Assembly (NCBI RefSeq): GCF_964194155.1
Contig: NC_135916.1
Span: forward strand, 1,426,001 to 1,490,000
Reading direction: 5' to 3'
DNA: 64,000 bases
From: Cetorhinus maximus
Taxonomy: Eukaryota
The notes under the pieces were generated by a model. It was given only the letters and a program-made list of their open reading frames with translations, did not search any database and was not told the origin of the DNA. This document shows positions 40,536 through 56,225 of this stretch, in pieces (position 1 is the first letter of the stretch; each line of letters begins with the position of its first letter). A program made the position numbers and the translations under genes.

Positions 40536-41770
40536 TCGGTGTGTGTGCCTTTCTGTCTCTGCCTCAATCTCCCTCTATCTATCTCTCTCTCACTCACTAT
40601 TGATTCTTCTCTTTCCTTGCTCTCTTGCTCCCTTTCCACCCACATCTCTCTACTTCTGGTGCTGTGAATGTTACTGATGCTGTTACCCATCCTCCATTGA
40701 TATGCGTGACACCGTTAGTGTTCATCCTCTCAGAAATTCAGCTCTGAAATTTCATTTGATTATCTCTAATAAAAAATCGAAGTGTGTTTTGAAAATCTCT
40801 GTCACTGCCAGGAATGTGACAATCCGCGAATGCGCGTTAACATATAACTGGCCTGCTCTGGTTGTTGAGGTAGGGGTACATTGCAAACTGTGAAATTGTG
40901 ACCTGTCAGTTCAAGAGGAGCAACATAAACAGGGAGATCCGGAGGGACCGGGAGCAGATAATTTATATTGTCACCTGGAATAAACATCTTGATGTGAGCT
41001 ATTCAGATAATAGCCTGAAATCACATATGATTGGTTCCTTTACGGAATCTGCGAATCAGACAGTCTGCGGCTCCCATGTCTCAGAGTGTTAGATGTTTTT
41101 TTCTGAATTTACAATCTACGGAAAATTAATAGAAAGACGAGCAAAGTTCGAAAAGAGGGGCAATTCTGTCCTGAGACCCTTACATTTGATACTAGTTTCA
41201 GCCTGTGAAGGTGCAGATGTGAACATTGTGTAAGGGAGCGTTGGAAATGGGCGGGCGAGTCAAAGGAATGAAACTGTGTTTGTGTGTCCGTGCTGATCAT
41301 GAGGTTTCCGAGACCCGCTTGCCTAAAATAAAAATATTTCCCTTTCAAAAATTCCACCTATTCCCCAGCTTAACCCCGAAGTGAGATTTCAAGAGCATTT
41401 CTGAGTTGTTTTCTAGATTTCAGTCTAAGAGTAGAGGACATGTCAGAGATCGGGTGAAGGAGCCGCAGTAAATCAGGTTTAAATCGAAACTGGAGCCTTC
41501 AATTCGCGTGAAATATTTTCGACAGCAAACATTACAATGTCAGAGATAAGATGGATTTAGTCTGGGACACTGGAGAGCCGGAATTTCCATGGAATTGGGG
41601 AGTTTGTGAGGAGAGAAAAACACAGAGAGGCAGCAGCAGCCTGGAGCTGACAGCAGCCTGTCTCCGCCCCGTCCGCTCGCTGCCTTTAAGTTGCTCAGTG
41701 CCGCCACCAGCGGCTTCATTTCTGAGCCCGTTCACATTGACAGAGACACTTTTGTGCAGAGTCCCGGAAC

Positions 41771-42424
41771 ATGACCGATACTGCAGCCGCCGAAACGGCT
41801 CCTCCAGCCGCTCCCGCCGCCCAGGTCAAGTCTCCCAAGAAGAAGAAGAAGGCGGCTCCCCGGAGCAGTGCAGCCGGTCCCAAGCTGGGCGAGCAGATCC
41901 TCAAGGTTGTGGCGGATTGCAGCGATCGCAAGGGGATGTCGCTGCCCGCGATCAAGAAGGCGCTGCGCGGCAAAGGGCTGGATGTGGAGAAACTCGGCTC
42001 CCAGATCAAGCAAAGCATCAAGAGGAATGTGAAGAATGGCTTCCTGGTTCAGGTCAAGGGCACGGGCGCCTCGGGCTCCTTCAAAGTCCCTAAGAACACA
42101 ACCCCGGGGAAAGTGGGAAAGAAGGCGAAGGCAGCAGCTGGCAAGAAATCTCCAGTGAAGAAAGCGGCAGCCAAGAAGGTGACAGCAAAGAAAGCAACGG
42201 CCAAGAAAACAGTCAAGAAAGCAACGGCCAAGAAGACTCCAGTCAAGAAAGCAGCGGCCAAGAAATCCCCAGCGAAGAAAGCAGCGGCCAAGAAAACAGC
42301 CAAGAAGGCGGCAACTCCCAAAAAGCCGGTGAAAAAAGCAGCCCCCAAGAGAAAGTCTCCGGCCAAGAAGGTGACGGGCGTCAAAAAAGTGGCGAAAGGG
42401 AAGGCCAAGCCCAAAGGGAGATAA
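41771..42424 (+). CDS. H1: Histone H1, 217 aa, copy 2
   Basis: Same globular domain, shorter C-terminal repeat region, canonical stem-loop 42482-42497. Confidence 0.97.
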   Translation: MTDTAAAETAPPAAPAAQVKSPKKKKKAAPRSSAAGPKLGEQILKVVADCSDRKGMSLPAIKKALRGKGLDVEKLGSQIKQSIKRNVKNGFLVQVKGTGASGSFKVPKNTTPGKVGKKAKAAAGKKSPVKKAAAKKVTAKKATAKKTVKKATAKKTPVKKAAAKKSPAKKAAAKKTAKKAATPKKPVKKAAPKRKSPAKKVTGVKKVAKGKAKPKGR

Positions 42425-43310
42425 GCAAAGACAGGAAAGAAGGGAAAGATCCTGAGCAAATTGTAAACCTCTGAACCCAAAGGCTCTTTTCAGAGCCACC
42501 CACATTTCACATGAAAGAGCTGATCCCCTGATCATTTGATCCCTGTCTCCGCGCTGGGAGCTGATTTCAGATGGAAATGTTTCTTTATCCTTCCACTTAA
42601 ATCCTATTTTCCCGCTCACTCACTGACACACTCTCCACCCGTCCCCTCCCGCACTGTGCAATAAGACACAGGGATATCCTTACAGCTCCCTATCCGGAAT
42701 GTGTCCCAGTGCATTCAAAGTTTATCTTTCCTTTATTCACATTTTCAAGGTGAGAGTCTGCAATGGAGTGAGCATCGCTCAAATGTCCCGTCTCACAACT
42801 AAGGCCCATACCTGTTGTTTCTCTAATTCTGTTGGAAGAGATGTTAGGGAATTTCTCAATCCCTTTTGGCAGCCTGGAGGGGAGGGTTCGGGGGATAGTC
42901 TAGAGTTGTGTTGGTATAGAATAGGAGAGGGATTGAAATAGATGCAAACATTTGACTCTTGATTGAAATGCAGTATCGAGGGGGGAATATTACTGAGAGG
43001 ATTGGATTTAATACATTCGATTTTCAAAATAGCTGGTTTATGATGTTGAAGTATTTCAGTTACGTTTAAAGTTTTCTGTTCAGCTCTCTTCAGAATTTGA
43101 TAACTAAATGTACTTCGGGCTGGCAGGAGGAGGGACTGTCTGACCAGAGACATTGCCCTGACTGTCACTCAGGCTGTCTCGCCCCGCCTCTGACACACAC
43201 ACACACACTCTCTCTCTCTCTCTCTCTCCCTTCCTCAGTCAGGTCGGGGCGGGCTGTATAAAAGCGGAACGTGAAGCAGCTCCCCACTCATTCAGCAGCG
43301 ATTTGACTGA

Positions 43311-43631
<321 letters not shown>

Positions 43632-44908
43632 ACAAATCGACCCGACTCTATAACAAAACCCAAAGGCTCTTCTAAGAGCCGCCCACAACCTCACATTGAG
43701 AGCAGTGACCTCAGAGCGGGAGAGGGAAAGCGAGATGTAGTTTTATATAAACACAGCCTTTCCATCTGCGCATTTTCCATTAACAATATAATCGTGAGTC
43801 ACACAAGTTTCAAGGTTTAATTTAGTTCGGTTTTCAGGAATTCGCTTCCTTTATACTTGCCGAATCTCGATTCAAAGCTTGACTGAGGAACACGACAGCT
43901 CCCAAACTAACACCGAGTTCACAAGATAAAGGCCATCATTTATTACACTTTAATCAGGAGTAACTATTTTGAGACCCATCATTCTCGCTTCATCGCCCCA
44001 TTATCACCCTGTCTTCTTTCTTCGCCATCTGTTCCTGGGTCGTTGAGACATGACAGGGTCTGGGAGGTACCAGTATACCAGCTTTAAATGGATCAGCCTG
44101 TATCGATGCAGCATGTTGTCTGGTTCCTGGGAGCACTGAACAACTTTATTCTGGCCTGTATCAGGGCGATCAAAGAAATAACCCAAATTTAAACGGGAAT
44201 GTAAGGCGAATATTGAGAGGCTGATTGAAAAATCTGACTACACTTAATCACCTCGATTCTGCAACCCAGGACGGACTGAAGGGTGATGTGGAAGATCTGA
44301 TTTTGGTGCATGGTTTGGACTGCGAAGATGCATTTACGCACATTGTGGAAGATAGTTCAAATATGTAAACTTAGATATTAACTTGATTTACAGAAAGGGT
44401 GCGCAATCCGCCCACCCACATCGCCTCCCCCAGCCATAAAACACTAGAAACAAGAGCCAAGCCATTCTCTTTATAACATCTATAGGGTTTTGACATGAAT
44501 AAACCGATAAGGTTGATCAGTTTTATATGTGAGACCCAAAATTCCGCCCATCAATAGGAGTTTTATTCCAGCCTGCTGTAAACCGATCAGGGAATGAATG
44601 AGAATTTAATCCACGTTCAAAAGCCGGAAGTCGGAGCTGGGACCGAAATGGGGCTCGCAAACATTGAGACCTTGTGATATTTGTCCATTCAGATTGATTT
44701 TATCTGCCTTCAAACTAGGTTTATTTTAATGTCAGTTACTCTTCCCTTTGAAATTGGCGGGCATTTTGAAATTGATGAACTGTCAGTTTCTGCTCCACCA
44801 ATCAGGGCCCAGGAATCCATGCAGCCCGCTGCTCTTTTCAAATTTCTCGGCGGGATTGCACTGCATCCAATCAGGACAGGAGGGAGGTGACGGACATGTC
44901 TTAAATAG

Positions 44909-45376
<468 letters not shown>

Positions 45377-45887
45377 ACTGACCCTACCCGACTCTAGACT
45401 TACACCGAGAACCACAAAGGCTCTTTTAAGAGCCACCAAGTCGGTCAGAGAAAGAGCTGCGATCTCTTGTTAAAAACTCCAGCACCTAAAACCCTCAAAC
45501 CTACAATTTATTTTCTTTCCTTCTGTTTACCCGTTTCCCTCCCTCTGATGCATTTGGGGATATGAGGTGATTCCGTTTATATTTGTTTGTAATTTTACAT
45601 CATTTAATTGGAAATGGGATGAGTTAATTATTCAAAGAACGTTTTCCTGAACATTGTCAATTGATCATATATAGATGCAGCACAGACTCCTGGTGTCTGG
45701 TACAGGCAACAGCACCAGCGTCTCGTTGTAACCAGCGCTTTCACAGATCGCATTAGAAATATAATGTCATTCCGAATCGATAGGGATGTTATCGCGCATC
45801 CGGATAGACAACAGGTCGCCCCTTTCACTGATCAAGTGAGTGGCTCTGAAAAGAGCCTTTGGGTTCTCAGTTTAAAGAATGGTCGCT

Positions 45888-47866
<1,979 letters not shown>

Positions 47867-49004
47867 AACAATCTCACAAGCACTTTCACAGAGAATGCTG
47901 ATATCCGCCTTCTTTCAGTTCTCTTATACCCTCAGGAGGAATGGTGGTGCGCTCAGAGCTGATTGGTCAATTATATTTTAGCTCATAATATTCTTCATGT
48001 TACCAATCAGATTTCTGCCTGACTCACCAATGCGGGCAAGCAACGTATGAAGTCGGAAGTTAAGGACGCCAAATCATCAGTTAAACAAACGGTTATATAT
48101 TTCAAATTGGAAAAGACAGACAAAAATTTAATCAAAGGAAATATCGCACAGAAATCGTCTTAGCTAAACAAAGGACAATTCCTTTACAAATCGTTCTAAT
48201 GCTTAACATTAAAGCAGTTCTCTTACAGAATGTTAGAAGGTTTCTCGCTCTCTTTTCCTCGATAACAGTTTACCCGAAACTGTCAGTTTCTGGTTTTGCC
48301 TGTGGACAAGAGGACAATAAAGGATCCAATTTTCCAGATTCAAAACTGTTGTTTTATACAAGTTCGTGAGTGTCAAAAGCGGAGTGCACATTTTTTGGCT
48401 TAAATCTGCCAGTATTGAAACTGAGGCATCCTACACCGCCAGGGCTGATACGGAATGAATTGATCAAATCAACTTTTATAATGCTGGGGAGGGATAGCAT
48501 CTTTGAGGGATCAAAGATAGACTCTGCTTGATTACATTTATGCAACAAGGCAGGGTCTATTCTGAAGCAGCAAACATACGTTGTATTCCAAACCAACAAT
48601 AAAAACGAAAATCCTCTGCAGGCTCCGTGATTCTGGGATTAAGCCTAATCTTCATTATCCGTTACTTAAATGTAGTTTTCACTCACGGACAATCTATGGT
48701 CAATAATATTAAGCTTTTCTTTTGAAATTGAAATCACCGATATATGTTTCTGTTTTTGTTTTTGTCTCTGTAACATTCAGATTTAAGTCAGTTTGGATTT
48801 TATCTGGTGCATGTCAATCCCTGGAGAAAATTTTATATTTCATTCGACATCTAATGCTACCAACATAAGATTATGCTTCTATTCTCCTTTTAATCCCCAC
48901 ATTATCTGTTAAACCCTGCTATGGGTGCATGGAATATCTGTCTGTTCATGATAGATAAAATGTGAACTTTAATCTGAAATGTATATTTTTCCAAAAAAAA
49001 TAAA

Positions 49005-49985
49005 GCAGGGTAAAAAACAGGGAATTACAGACTGATTAGTCTACCCTCAGTGGTAGACTTAATACTAGAGTCAACTATGTGATAATAAGAGACTTAGAAA
49101 ATGTCAAATATATTGGACAAAGATTGCATGCATTTATGAAAGGAAAATCATGTTTGACAAACCTATTGTAGCTTTTTTTGGGAATTAAATTGCAAAGTAG
49201 ATAGGGGAAAACCAGATGATGTGATCTATTTAGATTTTCAGAAAGCTTTTGTTAAATGGCCACTTAACTGGTTTGTGTACCAAACTGAAGTGCATGGGAT
49301 GGCGGTTTGGATTGGCATGTACAGTGAAAGGATTAGTAACAGGATAAAGAGAGCAGGAATAAATCAGTCTTTTTGAGAATGGCAGAAGTTGACAAGTGGT
49401 GTGCCACAGGGATCAGTGCTTGGGTCCCAGTATTCAGAATAGACAAGAATGATTGTGATGAAGGAAGCAAAGGTAATATTTCCAAGGTTGCTGATGACAC
49501 AAAGCTTTGAGGGAATGTGAGAGATGAGGAGGAAGTTAAGAGTGCCCAAGGAGATTTAGATAATTTGAGTGAGTGGGAAAAACATGGCAGATGGAATATA
49601 AAGTGGCTAGATGTGAATTCATCCACTTGGGTACGAAAAACAGCATGGCAGAGTATTATCTACATAGAGATACGTTGGGAAATGTTGATATATGAAGAGA
49701 CCAGTTTGCAGCACATGATCACCAGGCTGATTCATGGGCTGGCAGGGTTGTCACATGAGGGGGGAATGGGCCGATTCGGACTGTATACACACAGTGATTG
49801 TAGAATGAGAGGGGATGTATTTGAAACATATGAAATAGTGACAGCGCTGGTCAGGCTGGGTGCAGGGATGATGTTTCCTCTGGCTGAGAGGCCTAGCACA
49901 TGTATTCACAATCTCAGGATCCATTGTCGTCCATTTTGGGCTGTGTTGAGCAGAACGTTCTTCACTCAGAGGGTGGTGAACATGT
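49005..49985 (+). mobile_element. Old CR1 RT fragment (paralog of 22625-23572)
   Basis: GVPQGSVLG and ADDTK remnants; same flanks. Confidence 0.75.
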
Positions 49986-51999
49986 GATTGATTTGCATTC
50001 ATTTTGTAACCTCCAGGATCTTGTATTATATGTGAATGTATATATTTTTCCCTCCGTGTATCAGTCAGTATCTAAGACGTTTGCAAGAGTGGAATTAACT
50101 CTATCTTTAATATTTTAACGTGCTATCTCCAAAAGTGAGATTTCATTTAAATCTCTCCATATCTGGAACTAGATGTGAAGTTCAAATTGATATTCATATA
50201 GTCAACTGCTACAAGTATGTTTTCCTTGTGTGTCAATCGGTGATATATTGCCTGACTGTGGATTTGGCCCTGTAGCATTCGGATTTTTCTCATTGTTATG
50301 TTCTCAGTGTATGTTTGTGGTTTTATCCCTGTATTTCATTCACTGGTACTTTGCATCAGATGGGGATAGTTCATTGCTTCTCAGCATCTAGTATAATCTG
50401 TGAGTTTGGCCATGGTTCTATAATTGTCAGTCTCTCAAACTGAATGTGAGTGTGTAATAAATCAGTCTTTAATACCAACTAGCTGACAATGAGTGTGTGA
50501 TTCATTCAGCTGAACTGTGCACCTGGTTTGTATGGGAATGTGTCACTCTCTGCATATCTCTCAGTGCCCTTTACAGTGCATGATTTGGGGATTAATTTGA
50601 ACACGACAGTTTCCAATAGGCGATGTGATTGTGCGGTTATTTCTGTATTTTTATGGTTTCAGCTATTCTATTTGAATGAGATCTTTTCTGCCTCATTCAG
50701 ATTCAGGTAGTGTAGTGAGTGTGGGATTTATTATAAAGCTTTCAGACTTGGAAATTTGGGTGATTAACATCTGCATCATGGATTTTTCCTCCCCTGGCGC
50801 AATGTGTGTGGAGATAATTATGTAGTTGCCGTTCTCTGGTGTGCTTTGAATTTATTTTTGTTCATATAGCTGTATTTGGTCTGTGTTTGAACGTGTGAGT
50901 AATTTTGCACCTGAGAATTCTGCCCATCTAAGTAGGTATATTGTTCAATCTGTTTCTGTTTTTCAACACTGTTGCAGGTAAGTGTGAGATAAGACTATAT
51001 CTGGACTTTTATTGTAACGTGTTGGAATATATTTTTATGAAACCCTCAACATAGCAGTATTTGTTGACCTTTGGTTTAACCTATAACATTGGCTTCATGT
51101 GTTTTGTAGTCACAGGTTATATTCAATAGTTGCCTGGGATTGCCATTTGATTTTTAGCTCTGTGAAAACAATTGTGAATATTACAGCTCCTTTAATCAGA
51201 TACACAGCCTCATATGTAATTTGTGCATTTTGTATAAAGGGATTGCTGTTGAATCTATACTGATGCCAGCATTTTTGGTGTGAAATATATAGATATGTCT
51301 AAATTCTAAGGGGCTGTGCTGCAATTTATTCAGTCCCTTCCAATCAGTTATTTCTTGCCTAATGATGCTCAGAATAATTAATTAATTTCTGACCAACGCA
51401 ACACAATATAATTAAATCTGATATTTGGTGTGTTTTCTGTGAACATTTTGATTGATGTATGCTCCTCTCATCTAGGTTACATGGAAATAAAAACAAGCAA
51501 CAACAAAAAAATCAGACTGCTCAGTTTGTATCTTGCATTGAAAAGTTGTCTCTTCCCTTTGAAACAGTATGGGAATGAACAATTAATTGGTTGTGACTGT
51601 GGACATAATGACCTGGAAGTTTCTCTGCTCTCAGTGAAAGATGCTGTACCTACCTTGTGTTGCAGTTGGCTCACTTTTTAACCTTGGTCATTTTGTGACT
51701 TTTGAAGTTGTCACTATTATCGACCTTTGTCACTAACATCATCATGCACCAGGAATAACCATAGCACAGCTTGTGAGCTAAGATTTGTTTGTCTCTTTTC
51801 ATGTTGTACCTTTCAACCATTATTCATTCCTGATATTTCGACTGCAGATTGATTTATTAATTTGGAGGCCTGTACTATTATTTCATTAATTTTTCCATGT
51901 AGAAATATGAAGGTGAGTTTCACTTTTGGAACACATGGATGAAAATAGTATTTTGCCATTTTTATTTGAACAGTGATATCCTTCTTTGCTGGACCACTC

Positions 52000-54360
52000 C
52001 TCTGATTGCATTGACAATCACTGGGATGCATTTAAGTAGTTTATTCTGTATCTATTGTTTTCTGAGATGCAAAGGTGAAAGCTTTGTAACTGTTAATTTT
52101 TAAGTCTCATTACAATGTAAATGTCGAATTTAGTTTTGTCTGATTTTTCTCATAAATATTTAAATGCCAGGTTTGTTGTCCTCTAAGGCTGTGTTTCCGT
52201 CTCCATCTGCCAGTTTTTTTTATGAGTGTGAGTTTTAAACTGTCGGGTGTGCTTTCACATATGTGAGTATGAATTCCGTTTCTTAATCTGCTGCTGTATT
52301 TATCAGTTTCTGGGATTCTTAATGTGACTGCGACTCAGTACCTGTCAGGTTCTGGTAAGTGATTGCTGGTGTTAGAATGTCCATGTGAATGTCCAGTTGT
52401 TTTACTTTCTAGCACTTCCTTACTTGCTATTGAGCATTTTTTCCTCACTCTCTCCATTAGTTTGTGGCATGTGAATGTGAGTACTATTTTGTATCTGTCA
52501 ATAACTGCATTGTGAGCATGGGTCATAATTGCAATTGACAGTTTTAGGTACGTGTCTGGAATGCAAATGTGAATTTTACACTGCAGTTCACACTTTTGAA
52601 TGTCTGAACTTGTGTTTGAGATTACTTCACTGAGCCTGACAATGTAACTATGATTATCTCGTACTATTCTCAGTACATTTCCTATGAGTATAGCCTACAT
52701 TCTTTATCTATTAGTGTCTTAGAAGCAAATGTAAGACTTATTCAAAATCTCTGAGTATTACAGAATTGTCATTGTGCGATTGATGATGTGTCTGTGCATG
52801 CCTGCTTTTATCTGTGTTTGTGTGTGTGTGAGAGACAGAGAGAGAGCACGTCTGAAGATGTGTGTGTGTGTGTGTTCACGGTGTGTTTTTGTGTTTACGC
52901 TCATTCTGTCTCTCTAATGTGTTTATGGACTTATCTTTTTATTTGTCATTGTTCAGTATAGAAATATGCATGTTGATTGGTACTCATAATTATCTGGCAT
53001 GATGGCATGGATTCATTCTGTACATGTCCAATTCTTATCTTATCATTTATGACAGACTTGGCGTGTAAGCAGTAACTGTGAGGTTTGGTGTATGTAAGTT
53101 TGCATTTTATCAGTAGCTGACCTTTTCAGATATGAGAGTGTGGTATTCAATCTACCCACTCATTTTCAGTTTTTGTTGTGAGCATGTCTTTTACTTTGTT
53201 AAAGTGAACATGTAGTTTCTGAGACTCTGCATTTACAGTGAATGTGTTGTATGAATGAGGATTTTAATCTGTACCTATTTGATTCGGTTCCTTGTTTTAT
53301 TTTCGTTGCTCAAAATCTCTGGTTTACAAGTGATATGTTCCATTCTGCTTGTGTCAATTTTTGAAGAACTGAACAATAGTTTTGCTGAGAATCTGTTGAT
53401 TTTTTGTGTCTGAATATGGGATTTCCTTTGTACATGTCAGATTTTAGCATGAAGGAATGTTTATCAACTGCAACTAAGCAAAGCCAAAATATTCTCAGCT
53501 GGATGTTGGAAACCTCAAAAAAAGGGAAGAAAATTGCTGGGAATACTGACCAGGATTGTCCACATCTGTGGAGAAAAAGCTGAACTGCCCGTTATCTGAA
53601 ATTCCTGATGTGATGGAAGGTCATTTGCCTGCAATGATCACTCTCAATCTTTCTCAACAGTTGTTGCCTTCCCTGCTGAATATTTCCAGCATTGTTAGTG
53701 TTTTTTGCCTTCCCCCTGTCTGTGTTAATTCCCAGCTGGTAAATATCACTCTGCAACTGACAGAGTCTGATAATTACGTTTCACATTTATTCTGTCAGAA
53801 TCTCCAAGTGCATTTTACTCTGTGACTCTCATTTATGTGTGTGTCTGTGTCATTGTCGATCCTGTCAAACAAAAATATTTATGAATGATGGCCACATTTC
53901 AGTTTTCCATTTAGTATGAAAGCATGAACCTATTTTCCATGTCCCTCTCGGTTTATGGAACGGGGTGATTTGTTTTGATCAGCAACTTAAAATTTTTAAT
54001 TCATATTCATGTGTGTTTTTACAGTAGCCATCAAGATCAGCGATGTGTGTAGCCATGCTTCTCCTGTTTTGAAAAGACTTATAGAAAATTTGATTTGTTT
54101 CTGCATCTCTATGTCCCTGGTATGTGCCTGTGGTTTTACAATGTAATTGTTTGTCTCTGTTATGGGAATCCGGGATAGTTCTGTTTTGGCAGATTCTGCT
54201 CCGAGAGTGGTTTTATATTATTCTCTGTACTTTTCAATATCTGCTTTGTGAGTTAAGTTTTAACCATTTTTTATTTGTAGTGATCTGTGGAAGTGAGTAT
54301 TTATGACAATATTCCTCTGGCATGTCTATGCACGCCTCCATTAACAAAAATATACTCTAT
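52000..54360. repeat. Degenerate ~40-41-bp tandem repeat (spacer 3)
   Basis: Paralogous to spacer 1. Confidence 0.55.
53475..53710. mobile_element. Old decayed inverted-pLTR Penelope-derived element (paralog of 8683-8916)
   Basis: Same arms and flanks as 8683-8916. Confidence 0.55.
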
Positions 54361-54558
54361 CTTTATTTCTGATATTGAATAAGATTTTTGGAATGGAATT
54401 TAACTTGTTGCTTTGCGAGAACTTTGCATGTATTCATGAATAATTCTGCAAACATTAATTGTCTGATATTTAAGTTGTAGCTAATGATCTACTCTTGTGA
54501 CCTGAATGGACTGCCCTTCAATCTGATAATGGTTGCGATTTTGGCCTGAAATTGGTGG

Positions 54559-55051
54559 TGTTGTACTTTCTTCTAAGAATCGACCACAGTGACACAGATA
54601 CAGGTTTAGGACTGTTTATTAAAGGGGACAGAGGGAGGATCTGATCCCTTTGATTGTCTATAAACAGAACTCTACTGATTGCAGGATAACATTCTTTTTA
54701 AAACACTAAACCGTTCACGTACACATTACACTATTCTAATTCCAATCTTGGCAGTACATAATGACATGACAATCAGATGTCACCAGCCCGAGGAACATAC
54801 CTTTGCTTTCGCAAGCAGGGCCTCTTCATCTCGTTCTAGCCTGGCTCTATCCCTGATACTTTTTGTCATCACACTGATGTGTTTATCTTCATCCCCCTTC
54901 TATCTCCTAACCAGTTAATCCCTTATGATCCCGAAGGTCTTCCTAGAGAGAGCTGCTGATACCGGCCCTTATGGTTTACAAGGTTTCACTGGAGAATTTT
55001 GCTGACCTTTGGTTTCACTAAAAACATAGAAATCGCTGCTTACCTCTTACA
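54559..55051 (-). mobile_element. Solo LTR (Gypsy or ERV1 type)
   Basis: TG...CA termini, 4-bp TSD GTGG (54555-54558, 55052-55055), AATAAA on minus strand at 54620-54615; empty sites near 11258 and 37740. Confidence 0.8.
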
Positions 55052-55969
55052 GTGGGTCTACCATTCAGCAGTACCGAGTAGTAGTGTTTTGTGGGGATTA
55101 TAATTCAGTCTCCCCTGTGTGTTAGCCTACTGGATTGATCATGTGCATCAGGGTTTGAGTTCAATTCGAGTCTGACTATTTCTGCTCTGGGTGATGGTCA
55201 CAGTGATGTTCTGTCTGTATCTGTGCACTCTTGGACCAGGATCGTACCTGCTGCCAGTTAGAAGGAGATAGCTGCACCTCTATGTTGGCTGGTGGAACTT
55301 GAGCTTGAAACTGACCCCTTCATTAACCTGCCAGAGAGGAAGAAAGATATCTCCAGTAACTCAAAATCAGCTGAGGTCAGGAAAAGGCAATAGATCAATG
55401 TAATATTTCAACTGATAATCAATATCAAAAACACTGTACATATCATGGCGGACAACGAAAAAACTACAGTGTCTGATTCCACTTCTAACTATTGAGAGAC
55501 ATTCAGAAACAACCCGCATCTGTACGGCTCCAAGGGTGTCACTACGCGGGCCCAGAGATATTGGTGCAGGACAGATTTCTATTTCCAGCTCCCTTTGTAA
55601 GAACCGCCAACTGAATCTAACTGTGGAAGGTACAATGTTTCTTTGAGACGCCTCAGCTGAACAGCTGGTGCCTGCAACACGTGTCGTTAACATTACTGCT
55701 CCACTCCTTACTCTCTGCCTGTTTCCACGATTCACTGTCCAAAAGCCAACAAGTTGTGTGAATCAGCAGCTAAACTTGGAATATGCATTACAAGGTTGAG
55801 GAGAGAAAAAGAAAATAATAGTTTTCAATTGCAGCTTGCTCAGGTTCTGTCTCCCTCAGCAGGGCCACACACAGCCCCAGAAAGGCCTCTCCCCGTCCAC
55901 CCGCTCACTCCAAGTTCTGGAACACGTTTCCGCTCCGCTCCGCCTCTTACAAACAGCCCCCGGTTCTCC

Positions 55970-56225
55970 CTGAATTTACCCCGAGTCAATGATGATTTCT
56001 GTGCCCACACTGACAAATCGATGCGCTGCTGGAATCAGAACGCTGTTTACTCGCTTACCCGGGCCCCAGTATTTCCATTTCCGTCTGTTTGAAACAAAGG
56101 TCTTCCGCTCAGTGAGTAAAAGGCCGTCAAGGGCAGTGGTTGGGGGTCGAAGGGAAGCGCGCATGCGCTCGTCTTGTCACCGAGAAATTCCAAACGCAGG
56201 GCTGCAATGCGCATGTGCTTTTGGA
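55970..56225 (-). promoter_or_regulatory. Putative CpG promoter and first exon (copy 3)
   Basis: GCGCATGCGC 56159-56168; donors GTAAAT and GTAAGC. Confidence 0.5.
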
